DNA of 32,701 bases, from contig BLSG01000168.1 of assembly GCA_012862495.1 (NCBI GenBank), positions 1-32,701 on the forward strand, written 5' to 3'. The notes beneath the pieces were generated by a model, which worked only from the letters and a program-made list of their open reading frames with translations, did no database searches and was not told where the DNA came from. Below, piece after piece: positions 32,648 to 32,701 of this stretch (the stretch's first letter is position 1; each line of letters begins with the position of its first letter). This DNA is from Thraustochytrium aureum (lineage: Eukaryota). Position numbers and translations under genes: made by a program.

Positions 32648-32701
32648 GCTTCGCGTGCTTCGCGTGCTTCGCGTGCTTCGCGTGCTTCGCGTGCTTCGCG
32701 T
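32648..32701. repeat. 9-bp tandem repeat (GCTTCGCGT) x6, running off the right edge
   Basis: Six perfect units up to the last base. Confidence 0.95.

Noticed and set aside
1..32701. CRISPR arrays, tRNA/rRNA genes, transposons, prokaryotic operon signals
   Set aside because: I saw no repeat-spacer array, RNA-gene signature, transposase/RT motif or terminal repeat by eye. Spliceosomal introns and gene content show the DNA is eukaryotic.

Overview
GC-rich, gene-dense, intron-poor eukaryotic scaffold with six N-gaps (4295-4939, 7555-7706, 13478-13670, 16325-16480, 22237-23059, 24735-24920) and scattered single-base indels that split otherwise intact genes. An axonemal dynein implies a flagellated organism. 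A CSN5 JAMM-motif insertion that I recall from stramenopiles suggests that group, possibly a labyrinthulomycete/thraustochytrid (inference only). Genes left to right: (1) a large minus-strand gene running off the left edge, SPX - VTC (polyphosphate-polymerase fold) - long disordered linker - TIR/HET-like domain - start of a TPR-like helix, most of it missing from the supplied ORF track; (2) a PhyH-family Fe(II)/2OG dioxygenase; (3) a KCC-like cation-chloride cotransporter; (4) a signal-peptide-bearing AttH/CrtC-like beta-barrel protein; (5) alpha-methylacyl-CoA racemase ending in PTS1; (6) a hypothetical EF-hand-like/coiled-coil protein; (7) an inner-arm-type dynein heavy chain; (8) a three-exon CSN5. 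The best candidate for an undescribed system is gene 1, which may couple phosphate/inositol-phosphate/polyP sensing to a TIR-fold effector. All family calls come from motifs recognised by eye; no database search was run.
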